A stretch of DNA of 64,000 nucleotides from Octopus bimaculoides. Lineage: Eukaryota. Position 1 is the stretch's first letter. Every line of letters begins with the position of its first letter. Both the position numbers and the translations under genes were made by a program. Below, in pieces: positions 23,405 through 36,629 of this stretch. The notes beneath the pieces were generated by a model that saw only the letters and a program-made list of their open reading frames with translations, ran no database searches and was not told the origin of the DNA. The DNA is taken from the NCBI RefSeq assembly GCF_001194135.2, contig NC_068982.1, positions 113,083,234-113,147,233 of the forward strand, written 5' to 3'.

Positions 23405-25740
23405 GAAGTAGCGTATTGTCCTTACCTTCGAAACGCGGAGTAGATGAAAAGGGTATATTCTTTATGTTGCATGTTTCGTTTCTCTGTTTTTTTCTGTTTT
23501 CGTTTCTCATTATGTTTAACGTTTTTTTTAATGTCCTGTACCCATATATGCATGTATATATACATATATATGTAGGTATGTACATATATGTATGNNNNNN
23601 NNNNNNNNNNNNNNNNNNNNNNNNNNNNNNNNNNNNNNNNNNNNNNNNNNNNNNNNNNNNNNNNNNNNNNNNNNNNNNNNNNNNNNNNNNNNNNNNNNNN
23701 NNNNNNNNNNNNNNNNNNNNNNNNNNNNNNNNNNNNNNNNNNNNNNNNNNNNNNNNNNNATATATATATATATATAAATATATATTAGTATGTGTGCCTG
23801 CTTGTCGTGTTTTATAACTGTCTGCCTAACTATATCTCTATCTGCCTCTGTCTTTTACACTTACTCCCCCCTCTCTCACACTGAATGTGTTTATATGTTT
23901 GTATATATGTGTGTGTGTCAGTGTGTGCGTATGAATGTCTGTAAAGAATTTCATTACAGCAAATTGAAAGACCCTCACAAAACATCAGCAGCGAGCACAT
24001 GCGGCATGCGAACGGAGAAGGAATAGACTTGATATGCGAACACGGACCTCTATTGCATGATCTTAGGAGACACTCGAGCATAGGATGCATCCACTGATTA
24101 TTACCATTTTGGTTGATAACTAATGAAGAATTACGGACCCTCTGCATCTGTCTCCCGTCCAGTTGTACCCTCACTGTACGTACACACTCAAGAGACACGC
24201 ATGCATAATATCCGTGATATGTTGAATGTTTTGCATCCAACTTTTCTTCAAAATATGCTAGTTCTTCTGTTTTGGTATTGTAAGGGAGATCATCAGGAAG
24301 ATGATGCATGTATGTCTCTTCTATTTTTTAATTATTATAAATCTTCCCCTGGGGTGGGCGCCGGTTTCCAACAAAGATACAAGGCTCCATTTTTGGGATG
24401 TTCTTAACACAGACAAAGTAACATTTGGAACTTGAGAAAAATCTTGCATATTTTTACTGTTCTACTCACAGATTGCTCTTTTAATGTACGAATCAGTCGG
24501 TCGATTTATCTTTCTGAAAATCACACACNNNNNNNNNNNNNNNNNNNNNNNNNNNNNNNNNNNNNNNNNNNNNNNNNNNNNNNNNNNNNNNNNNNNNNNN
24601 NNNNNNNNNNNNNNNNNNNNNNNNNNNNNNNNNNNNNNNNNNNNNNNNNNNNNNNNNNNNNNNNNNNNNNNNNNNNNNNNNNNNNNNNNNNNNNNNNNNN
24701 NNNNNNNNNNNNNNNNNNNNNNNNNNNNNNNNNNNNNNNNNNNNNNNNNNNNNNNNNNNNNNNNNNNNNNNNNNNNNNNNNNNNNNNNNNNNNNNNNNNN
24801 NNNNNNNNNNNNNNNNNNNNNNNNNNNNNNNNNNNNNNNNNNNNNNNNNNNNNNNNNNNNNNNNNNNNNNNNNNNNNNNNNNNNNNNNNNNNNNNNNNNN
24901 NNNNNNNNNNNNNNNNNNNNNNNNNNNNNNNNNNNNNNNNNNNNNNNNNNNNNNNNNNNNNNNNNNNNNNNNNNNNNNNNNNNNNNNNNNNNNNNNNNNN
25001 NNNNNNNNNNNNNNNNNNNNNNNNNNNTATATATATATATATATATGTACGTATACAGATATTTGGACAAATGATAAATGCTGTAACCTTGAATCACCAG
25101 GCGATTCATAGTCTTGGAGCGTATACACCTTCATCGGGCCATTCGGATGACGTCCATTTTCAATTGGCCTGTTTCCTCATGGCAGTCAAATGACACTGTC
25201 ATTCCTTTTTAGACAGAGCCATTACGATACACTATCTTCTGCCTCATAAACATTATATCTGGAAAATTTTAATATTTTGATTGAGAAAGTAATTTATTTT
25301 ATTAACATATGTTATGTATAATATATTCATCCCGTTAATTGTTGACAGAGGGAGGGAGATGGACTGTAGGAAATGGCTGCTGGACAGATAGACTGTATAG
25401 TAATATATAGTATTCGTATAGTGTAGTAATATATAGTAGTAGCATATTATATAGTAATATACTATACGTTCAAATGTTACGTAGTCCTCAATGTACAGAA
25501 GAAAAAATGTGACTCTAAGTAGAAGAAACGGGAGTGACATTAGGTTAGCTTTGAATAAGGCAAATGGTTTTATGGTGTCACGTTCGATATGAACATGATA
25601 CAATGGTTAAAGAAAATATCACTAAGTAGCGAAAAGATGTGGTCTGCCGTATGAAGACTACGTCGTTTGGAGTGATTTTCCAGCATAGACATTTTGAGAG
25701 TGCCGTTATTTTTATAAATAACTTAAATAGATATAAATAT

Positions 25741-26465
25741 AATCTTTTCTACTCTAGGTACAAGGCCCGAAAGTTTTGGGGGAGGAACCAGTCGATTAAA
25801 TCGACTCCAGTATGCAACTGGTACTTAATTTATCGATCCCGAAAGGAATAAGGGCAAAGTCGACCTCGGCGGAATTTGAACTTAGAACCAAAGACAGACG
25901 AAATACCGCTAAGCATTTCACCGGGCGTGCTAACATTTCTTATTTGTTTATTGCCCACAAGAGGACAAAGAAGGACAGACGAAGGGATTAAGTCGATTAT
26001 ATAGACCTCAGTACGTAACTGGTACTTAATTTATCGACCCCGAAGGGATGAAAGGCAAAGTCGACCTCGGTAGAATTTGAACTCAGAACGTAACGGCAGA
26101 CGAAATACCGTTAAGCATTTCGCCCGGCGCGCTAACGTTTCTGATAGCTCGCCGCCTTATAGATATAAATATATTCTTTTCTAGTCTAGGTAAAAGGCCT
26201 GAAATTTTGGGTCGGGGCCAGTCGATTAGATCGACTCGGTATGCAACTGATACTTAATTTATCGACTCCGAAAGGATGAAAGGCAAAGTCGACGTTGGCG
26301 GAATTTGAACTCAGAACGTAAAGACAGACGAAATACCGCTAATCATTTAGCGAAGTCGACTATATCGACCCCAGTTTGTAACTGGTACTTATTTAATCGT
26401 TTATCAACGAAATATCGCTAAGCATTTCGCCCGGCGTGCTAACGTCTCTGCCAGCTCGCCGCCTT
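25741..26465 (-). mobile_element. Tandem array of about 4 tRNA-derived SINE copies
   Basis: Family core (cgaaaggatgaaaggcaaagtcgac..ggaatttgaactcagaacg) repeated head-to-tail, with two alternative 3' tails. Confidence 0.9.
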
Positions 26466-27944
26466 ATAGATATAGATATACTGATTAGCAGAAAACCACC
26501 TTATAAATTGTAGGTGTGCTGTTCTCATGCATCACGCCCCACTTCAGTGAGGTTTGCGATACGTAAAGCACATGTTACCAGAACATAGAGCTCGGAAAGT
26601 GTGAGAATGCATAATACTCACAGCATAACATCCAGGAGGGAGTACCTAGTATGTGGCTATTCTTTTTTTTTTTTTTTTAGTATCACTTAAATATATTTTA
26701 AAGTAAGCGCTCAAACTTTACCACGAGCATCCCTAGTCCAATCTTCTGTACAGTTATTATTGTTAAGCCTCAACTCAACATTCCAGCCATTTAGATAACA
26801 TTTGATGATACTTAAAAAATACGATACCCTTTTGCATTTTAAAAAATTTTTCTGTGATATGGTTTCTATTTCCACTAGACCTAGCGAACGCGTAATACTC
26901 TCAAATTTCACTCAAATTGCTCTGTAGAAGAGGTGGAGGTGAATAAATTAGAATGTTAATAATAATTCATACTATATAATTTATAATATATTACAAAATG
27001 CTCGAATGGCAAAAAGTTGCTAAACACTGAAATACTTTTACATATTTAAAGTAATTTTTTTTTTACTTGATTCCAATTGTCTTCTTAACGAGATAGAGTT
27101 CAAACAGAGTTACTTCCCCTTAATTGTCATTTCTTAAAAAAAATGGGTTTGATGGGGAAAAAAATCACAAACATTCGGCTGCTCTTGTTATTGTTATAGC
27201 TACTAAAACTCATGTCGATATTCATCATGCAGACCTATGATCACGGGCTTTCCTACCATGACCACCCTGTTTGCTTTGCTTTTGTTTATATTTCCCGACA
27301 CGTGTCGACGACTAAATTCTCAAAATGTATCTTTCCTTTATATCAGAAAAGCAGAGCGGAAAATGAGAGAGAAATGGCCATTTTTCTACCAGGTCTATCG
27401 ATTAAGTTTATACAGTTACATTAAAATGTCTTTGAGTATGGCTTCTTTTTAGACACAGAATAGAAATCCATATTTAATTTTACCCTATCGCACCTAGAAA
27501 CTCCCCTGTTTGCTTGTTGGTTGCAGTTGTTCAGCTAAATGAAAATGTATTCCTTAAATTTATGACTCGCATTGTGTTGCGAAAGCAATAGAATATTTAT
27601 GATTGCCCAATAGAATAATTAGATTTCGTTTTTAAGCACAACCTTTACTTTAGAACTTTCTTAACTATGGAGATCTAACTTAATTTCTTGCTAGAATTTC
27701 TTTGTGCCCATAGGAATGGATGGTTTTGTTACATTTCCGAACAAGTTCTTATGTGAACTGAAAATGTTGCAGGTTATTAATTATTGCCAATTTATCCTGA
27801 GTTCTTTTGATTTATAGTCTCCTATCAGTTCCTCTTATTAACAGACACCATCTTGGAGTAAATATTTCGTTCTGTAGCACTTTTAGTACAACGTACACAC
27901 TTAGGTTAGCATCTTGATGATTAGAATTGTATGAAAATAATCAT

Positions 27945-28632
27945 TTCTACAAGAGGCACGAGGCCTGAAATTGTAGGGGTGAGTCTATCGATCCCCATGC
28001 GTAATTAGTACTTCTTTCATCGACCCCGAAAGGATGAAAGGCAAAGTCGGCCACGGAAGAATTTGAAATCAGATCGTTAAGAAGGGTGAAATACCACTAG
28101 GCATTTTGCCCGGCGTGCTAGCGACTCTGTTAGCTCGTCGCTTTTATAATAATAATAATCCTTTCTACTAAAGGCACAAGGAGTGAAATTTGTGGGGAGA
28201 AGGATAATCGATTACATCGGCTCTCGTGTTTCACTGATACTTAATTGAAAGACAAAGTGGAACACGGTAGAATCTGAAGTCAGAACGTAAAGACGGCCGA
28301 AATGCCCCGGCGTGCTACCGATCCTGCCCGTGCGTAACTGCTGGTACTTATTTAATCTACCGCAAAAGGATGAAAGGTAAAGTCGACCACGTCCGAATTT
28401 GAACTGAAGGACATGAAGACGGACGTCATAACGCTAAGCATTTTACCCGGTATGCTAACGATTCTGCCACCTCACCGTCATAATGATATTAATAATAATA
28501 GTCCTTTCCACAAAAGGCACAAGACCTGAAATTTTGCGGGGAGGGGACTAGTCGATTACATGGATCCCGGTTTTTCACTGGTACTTAATTTTTCAACCCC
28601 GAAAGGATGAAACGCAAAGTCAAATTCGGCTT
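27945..28632 (-). mobile_element. Second tandem array of about 4 tRNA-derived SINE copies
   Basis: Same core repeated, separated by short (AAT)n spacers; some copies deleted or truncated. Confidence 0.85.
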
Positions 28633-28701
28633 CCCACTCAGCTCTTGGATGTGTGGAGGAGTCCGTGTATTGTATGTTTCCTTCTGGTGTTGTTTGTTCT
28701 G

Positions 28702-28749
<48 letters not shown>

Positions 28750-28899
28750 AGTAGTTGCTGCTGCAGCTCCTGCTATTGTAGCTTCCGCTACTGCTGCTGG
28801 TGCTACTCTCAGTGCCATCTTGTCTGTAAGACTCGCCTGATTTGTCTCTTTAGTTTCAATTTCTGTTTCTATTCCTCTGCCTTTCTGTTGTTGTTGTTG

Positions 28900-30200
28900 T
28901 TGTTGTTTTGTCGACTCATGTGTTGTGGTACTTTCATTTGGACATTTCTTTCTGCCGTTCTAATCTGGTTCTGTGAGTAGAAAAACCGTAAGTTGCCTGT
29001 TGAACCACAATTGTGGCACCTCCGCCTTCTTTCCTCCACGTTCGAGGGAGAAATCATGTCTGGGACTTTCTCTAAATGCTCTAGCTTCACGTAGAGAAGA
29101 ACCTCCAAGGTAGTCCCACCTCAATTCTCCCACCCCGATCTTTTATCATCCGGGCGATTCTCTACTCCGTCCGTAAAAATACGTTTTTAAAAATCAGTTT
29201 TCTGTGGAATGAACGTATTCCATTTTGTCAGACGCTCCATATGTTATTAGCAGCCTTTCAGTGGAGGACTGGGCTGCAGTGGCTGATAATAAGAAGACAT
29301 GCACTGAGGCTGCAACATTACCAGCGTTTCCTAACGGTGAGCAGATCTCCTAACAGTGAGCAGATCTCTGCCCGTCGGGCTATGTGTCGCTGGAAGATCT
29401 GTATTGGAATTAGCAGAGGGCACATGCGACAACGTTCCCGTGGGAACTCTGGGCGTTAGTTGAGATCAATTAGCTGATCTTTTTCGGAGAACTTTCAGGC
29501 CAGGATCAATGGATAATTTCCAGAAATCCTTAGTCTGACAGCACTATCAAGTCCTGGTGGTTCGAGACAAGCTCTACAAGAACGGAATTGCTGTCACACG
29601 GACCTGTCTGAGATGTGTGCAGGGTAACAAAATCTTTCTACTTGAACTCGTCCAGTATTCGGACATTGCTGACTTGTGAAACTTTGCCGAATAGCTGTTG
29701 ACCCGCGTAGGACGAATCCCGTTATCAACCGAGTCCATCGTAAAGCTCGCCCTGCTGCCTTCTTTTGACTGTGATGGGAAAGTAGTTTTTAGTGTGGCAA
29801 AGGAGATTGAAAGAACTGAAGACGGAAACCTTCCCCTTCGGCCAAGCCCTGATCGACTTCTTGAAATTCCACTTGAAAAATAAAAGTGAGGGCGTAGGTG
29901 GAAGTACTGCACCCATTTTTTTTTCTTCTTTTATTTTTAAAGGTAGGTGAATACGGTGAGCATCGCCTATGTGAATAGACCTGCCCTGAACATACGCTTG
30001 TAAGCCGGAGAAGATGAGAAGGAGAAGCACCTGCTGAGTTGCTTCTGGCTGTCGGAGTAACCAGGACGTGTGGCGTTCTTTGGTTGTCCCTGGGCGGGAC
30101 TTCTCCCTTTTGGGGAGTTTTATTTAAGTTTATACACAAAATGTCGTGCTACGCCCCACTTGTCCCTTGTGTTGTATTGTCCCTTTTTGTTTTGTTTTCG
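28900..30200 (-). mobile_element. 5' region/ORF1 remnant of an L1/Tx1-like LINE
   Basis: Minus-strand ..VKLEHLEKVPDMISPSNVEERRRRCHNCGSTGN (gag-like zinc knuckle start) preceded by GC-richer disrupted ORF1/UTR-like sequence. Confidence 0.55.
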
Positions 30201-30234
30201 GCCCTGGTGACCAACAAAGAAAACATTATTATTA

Positions 30235-30287
<53 letters not shown>

Positions 30288-30739
30288 AATTAATAGGTTC
30301 ACTATTTCTCTAATCTGATTTAAATATTTCTCTAATCTGATTTGTAGCATCAGGAATTTTTTACGGCTAGTGATTTACAAACAAAGTTTATGAAGGAAAG
30401 AAACGAATGAGAACCATATATTTGTTTATAATTTCTTTTTGTAATGAACTGATATTCTAGATTTGTTTCCTGATTTAAAATTTTAAATGTGATTTTCTAA
30501 AAATTGTGGACGATCCAAATTACCGTTTCTTCTGTTCTCCAAAAGATCAATAAAAGCTAATCATTAAGTGAGGGTCATCGATGGTTACAGAAATAAAAAA
30601 TGAGAATATCTTGAGCATGTCACACTAGTACGGGAGAGAAAAATAATGTTCACATTGAAGAGGTCTCGCCTCATACACAACCAGAAAAATAGGAAAAACT
30701 AATTTAAGTATTGAAACAAGAAAACGCCATGCGTCATTC

Positions 30740-32090
30740 ATTTTTGCTCGATTACCTTCTAAGTTCAAATCCCACTGAAATCAACTTTACCTTCCATCTT
30801 TTCGTGGTCGATAAAATAAAGGACATGTCAAGTACTGAGAGCGATATAATTGACGGCACCTCTGTTCCTCTCCTCACGTATTCCTGGTCGCGTGCTTATG
30901 TTAAAATCACTTGTAAAAGGCTGTGGAGTGGCAAAATCATGTAAGCGTCAGAGTATAGGTTTTGGTAGATTTCTTCTGTTTCTGTACACCGAGGTAAATC
31001 TTGCCTTTCATCCGTTCAGGATGGATTATATATATATAAAAATCACCCACGTTCTGTCGTTAATTTAAATGACTGTTCCCTTCTCAAAATTTGATTGCCT
31101 TGAATCGAAAATAGTCCTAGTGTTTATTCCATTTCAAGTACATAAATCGCATCAGCATTCATATGTATACATAATGATGCGGCCTAAATGTTGCTCCAAT
31201 CAAGGAAACGTAGCGCGGTATCGCCGTTAACTGAGTCCGAAGCCCTCTATCCTACGTGGTAAAAGGTAGAATTTGAACTCGAAACGCTAAGATTTGAAAC
31301 ATATACCAAACGTTAACCCGTCTGACTGTCTAACAATATGGTCAATCCACTGCTCCCGAATGCTACTATGGTTAACGACCGCCAGACTTTGGACTCCGAG
31401 GGCTGAGGCGGAAAACAGGGTATTCTATCCGACGCCCCAAAACACTGGCAATTATTTCTTTCATTAAAGCTAAAATACTAGTTTCAAATTTTGGCACACG
31501 GCTTGCATTTTTAGTGACGGGTTTGTCGATTGCATCTACTTCAGTAATTGACTGGAGCCTTATTTTATTGCTGTCAAAACGATGAAAAGTAAGGTACATC
31601 GTGGCGGAATTTGAATTCGGTTCGTATTGAGTCTAAAGAAATACCGCTAAACATTTTGTCCGGCACGCTAATGTTTCTACCACTTTGCAATTTAATAATT
31701 CTTCAAATCTAAGCAGAAGGCCTATAACTGTTTAAGGAGGAAGTAAGTCAATTACATCGACTTTCGTATTCAACTGGTACTTATTTCTTCAAGCTCCGAA
31801 ATGATGAAAGATAAGATTGACTTCAGCCGAATTTGAACTTAGAGCGTAAAGAACTAGCAAAAGTCCCCTTATGCATTTTGTCCGACGTGCTAAAATCTCT
31901 GTCAGTTCGACATCTCAATAATAAGAATAATTAGCATTATCATTATTATTGTCAGAGTTCAAATACCGCCGAGATCATCTTTGTCTTTCTCTCTTTCGGG
32001 GTTGAAAAAAAAGTAATACCAGTCAAATACTATGGTGAATGTAATCACTTAACACTCTTCCTTCAAAATTGCTGGTCATATTCCAAAATT
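30740..32090. mobile_element. Cluster of old, diverged tRNA-derived SINE copies in both orientations
   Basis: Degenerate cores at about 30740-30870 (+), 30880-31020 (+), 31240-31350 (-), 31470-31690 (-), 31700-31910 (-) and 31950-32090 (+). Confidence 0.7.
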
Positions 32091-33559
32091 AGAAGGAATC
32101 ATTATTATTATTCTTCAATGAACATATTCTAAATAGTTTTGAAATATCAGCTAATTAAATTTATCTAAATCTCAAGAGAAACTTGTTTACGTTTTTTTTT
32201 ACATTTTGTAAGAAACCATAGCACGTTTTAATTTCATATAAATTTTAATCATTCACTACAGTCATGTACAACAGTCACTGTCGTCATCGTCGTCGTCGTC
32301 GTTGTTGTTGTTGTTGTTGTAGTTATTAAGCGACGGGTCAACAATGATTGATCTAATAGTCGAAGTCATTTTAACTATAACCATCATGTATTTTGTATAT
32401 CCATTACTACGTTACCTAATACTTCCTCCCTTTCTAAAGACTTTAGCAAGATAACTGTTGAGGAAGGTTTGGCTGCTATTTTTAGCAGATATAGCGAACA
32501 CATAGACACTTCATCGTTGGCTATATGTGCACAGGTGTAGACTGATGGTAAGACTTACAATGAGATACTGCTCCCAGATCTGGGATAGTATAAGTGCCAC
32601 ACAAACATTGTAAGTCGAATCTAGTTTATTGGATTTGATCTAGAATGACTGATTAGCCTGAAGTCCCTAGTAAATATATTCTGTCCTCTGGTACACAAAC
32701 ATAGTTTTTCTGTCACTTTTTTCGTCCAATATAGTAACTTTTGCTTTTCAAGTTTGGCTAGAATCGACCTACCGCGCTTATGCGCTCTTATAACTCCTTT
32801 CTCTTGTTCCCATCATACGCATTGTGTCCAATGACGAGAAGCCACATGTCCGGTACCTTCTTCCAAGAAAACTGGGTCTCTGCTATTCTCTCTCTTCCCA
32901 TATTTTATACAATCATTTTGTAACACTTGGAGCGACATATTAACGTCACTAAGTGTCACCAGTCTCGAATGGCCTGCGATTGTTATGGTCACAGCTCTTT
33001 CCTCCAAATTCCTATTCCAACAGACAAGAAATTAGAAAATAATATACCAGATATAACGATTGTAGATAAGGAAAAGTGAAGTTGCTTATTAATATATAGA
33101 CACTGATATATCGTCTTTACGACCATTAAAATCTATAGTGAAAAATTTATCCGTGCGTGACAGAAAACGGAAAGGATTTGCATACGATGCTGTTAACGGA
33201 GGTTTAACAACATCGTTGTGCACAAATACATGAGTCCAAGAAGCAAAGCTTTCTTCAAAGCAAAGCTTTCTTCAAAGCAGAACTAGAAATGCAATCGCCA
33301 AGTAGGTAAAAGGTTTTAAACAGGAGCAATATATTAAAAATTGGTAAAACAACAAATTATTGAAGATAAATTAAATTTATTATTGTTACTGACTATGTTA
33401 GTGTTATTTAATTTCTGAACGGTTTTGCTGCCGTTTGCTTATGTAGTTTGATTTCTTTATCCATCAGTTTCTACTAAGATAGAGACGCGAGTGAAATTAA
33501 TAATAGAGAAACGAAAATAAAACTTTGGAAACAGCAATTCCGCCATAACTTAGTGGAAT

Positions 33560-33833
33560 CCATGAGCGTGCTTTCAAGGGAGATAATCAGAGAAAGACTT
33601 AAAATTGAACGTAAGATTGTAATACTTCATGTAAAATAAAGTAAATATAACAAATAACATAGAATCTTTGTCCGGTACCGGATCGATTCCAAAATCTAAT
33701 CAGTTCGTGCCAGTCACGAGACCAAACATCCCTAAAAGTTTCATCCGAATCCATCCAGCGTTTGAGATATCTTGTCCACAAACAAACAAACAAACACGAC
33801 TAAAAACAATACCTCCGCCTACGCTAAGGCAGA

Positions 33834-33840
<7 letters not shown>
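33560..33840 (-). mobile_element. HINE/DINE-like non-autonomous Helentron element
   Basis: Minus-strand 5' end ttacctctgcct-tagcgt-aggcggaggta (subTIR plus short inverted repeat, 33810-33837), then (TTTG)n, a core, and the palindrome tccggtaccgga (33671-33682). This is the architecture described for DINE-1/HINE elements. Confidence 0.75.
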
Positions 33841-33895
<55 letters not shown>

Positions 33896-36082
33896 TAATA
33901 TAAACACTTCGTTTTTAATCAACCTCGGAAGGATGTAAACAAAATCCACCTAAGCAGGATTTGAACACAGGAAGTGAAACGTCCTAAAAAACATTAAACT
34001 GATGCTTTAAAGATTCTACTTCTTACTAGTAATAAGTGCTATTTATTAAGGTATTTAATATATGGTATCATATGCGGTCACACTAAAACATCTCTGTCCA
34101 TGGTTTGTATTTAGGTACGATGAGGAGAAGCATATTTAATCTTACACTATCAAATTAACAATTATATTTTCTGACATGAGCCAGTATTGACATACACTGC
34201 AGTATAGTCATTGCACTTAAACTATTATTGACGCATGCTAAACAGCTAAAAACTTTCAACCGAAATATTTGCCTCCATTTGTATTTCCTTTATTTATTTG
34301 TCTTTTTGTAAGCAATTTTTTCCACCAACTTTAAAAGTTGTTTTGATTCTAATTGCAGCTGAATGCTTTGTAATTATTTGAAATATAGTTTTCATTGGAT
34401 AGTATTGTTGTATTAATTACAGCAGCATATAATGAAGTTTCATTAATTGCTAAAAAATTGGAATTATTGATTTCAATCAACTACTCATACGAAAGATAAA
34501 CAACTGCAGTAGAAACAACCGCTACTACTACTATAATACTACTACCCTTACTACATGAACTCCTAAAAGAGCTATTGATAAAAATAATGATTTCTCACAT
34601 TGGCACAAGGCTGTACAGTTGCAGAGGGAGGAGAGTAAAAAATTTAATTAACTGGAATACATGCCTGATAATTACTTCATCGACCCTTGAGGCAACAAAG
34701 GTAAAATTTTATCTCCAGTGATTTTTTTACTCCAGAATATATGACAACACTAAATAAATTAAGACTTTTATTTCAATGCTAGTTCTACACTATCAGCTTG
34801 TCAGCAATATTTTAAATATTGGTTTGCAGATATTCCATATTTGAAAGTTACAGAAAATTATATATTCTGACACCCATGTCGTTGTTATCAATCTCCAGGT
34901 CATCCTTGTACTTGCTGACGAATAGTCAATGCATCGCAGCGATGCATATCCCATCCACGCTTTGTTACTTTTTCCCCATTATCAGTGTATCTAGGACCAT
35001 ATTATTCAATGTGTTCAATCTTCTTTTTAAAATGTTACGTTTAATTTGAGGGCGATTTACCTAACGTACTCCAGTTGGTTCGGTGAGGTACTTGTTTTGT
35101 CCAATGGCGATAAAACATTATTTCCTATATGATGCAAAGACGTATTGAATTGAAAGTTGAAACTCCATCAGAATGACGGTTTCTACAGATCTCAAGTCTT
35201 CAGTATGTCTTACACTAATTAGGATTTCATGAGTTAGTACAACTCAAGAAAACTGTAGTATAGGCAAATAACCGATTCAAAGTCATTAGGTTTACAATTG
35301 CTGCTGCTTTTAGCTCCGTGCAAAGCGTTGATCTAGGGAACATATTGTCAAAGTAGTCTCAGGTATGATTTTGCCTTGGTGTTCCTAACATAACAAACTA
35401 CATCTCGAAGTACAGGGCCAGAAAATATTTCAAATCTGCTGGTTCTCTACCTAGTCAAGTATAATCTACAATGGAAAACTGCTGCCGCATAGTGGACAGA
35501 ACTGCAAACATATACGAGACCACAACCAACAAACGAATACTCAGCTACTCAGTCATGTTGTCTCCTTAAACTGCATATTCCGGTGGGTGTTACTGTAACA
35601 GCCTCTGACCCTGGCAACTCTATAAACAATTTAGCTGTACATTAGCTTTATCCATGCTCATGAGCTATATCCTTCTCGTCACTTTCTGTCAACCATATGT
35701 CTCTATTCTGAGGTATCGTGTAAACAACGTCATACTATGATATTCACCAGTAAACATAACACCGATAAAGTAACACTTCTACCCATGTTTATCCTGCTTA
35801 CCCCTGCTTATACCTGCTTACAGATATTAAAACGTATGTCAACCATGTCTATCTGATCAGCCTGTGGGACGGCTCATGCACAATATTCATTTCTCCCAGA
35901 TAAACTCAGAAAATTGATGAACAATATCGAGGACTATTAGTACTATGGATTCATATGGGAGAGGTAAGTGAAATAATAAAGTTGTTAACATTTTAGAAAG
36001 TTTAAATATGAAATATTTAATGTAATACAATATACACATATAGGATTGGAAAATAGTCTCGAGTTACGATATGTTTTTATAT

Positions 36083-36500
36083 AGGCGTGAGAGTGGCTGT
36101 GTGGTAAGTAGCTTGCCTGCCAACCACATGGTTCCGGATTCAGTCCCACTACGTGGCACCTTGGGCAACTATTTTCTACTATAGCCTCGAGCCAACCAAA
36201 GCCTTGTGAGTGGATTTGGTAGACGGAAACTGAAAGAAGCCCGGCGTATATATGTATATGTATATGTATGTATGTGTGTTTGTGTGTGTGTTTGTGTGTC
36301 TGCGTTTGTCCCCCCATCACTTGACAACCGATGCTAGTGTGTTTACGTCCCCGTAACTTAGCGGTTCGGCAAAATTGATCGATAGAATAAGTACCAGGCT
36401 TACAAAGAATAAGTTCTGGGGTTGAGTTGCTCGACTAAAGGCGGTGCTCCAGCATGGCCACAGTCAAATGACTGAAACAAGTAAAAGAGTAAAAGAATAA
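36083..36500 (+). mobile_element. Long tRNA-derived SINE with CORE-like domain and internal (TG)n
   Basis: A box gtggctgtgtggtaag, B box-like ggattcagtcc, CORE-like gcaccttgggcaa, tail gactgaaacaagtaaaagagtaaaag. Confidence 0.85.
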
Positions 36501-36629
36501 ATGCATATATATATATATATAGGGAATGTACTTGCATAGCAAGTAACCTGATCTGAGATCGTGTGCCTGAACAAAGACAATTGCAGTGTGGAAGGTGTTT
36601 ATACGCGATTTAAGAAACACAAAAACCGT

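Noticed and set aside
23416-25193. Long ORFs spanning N runs (also 1317-2246, 7694-8170, 48251-48527, 62682-63593)
   Set aside because: Their length comes from gaps translated as X.
34929-34947. Perfect short palindromes (atgcatcgc-a-gcgatgcat; also gttttctaga-atta-tctagaaaac at 17403-17426)
   Set aside because: Arms of 9-10 bp are within chance expectation for 64 kb and have no supporting context.
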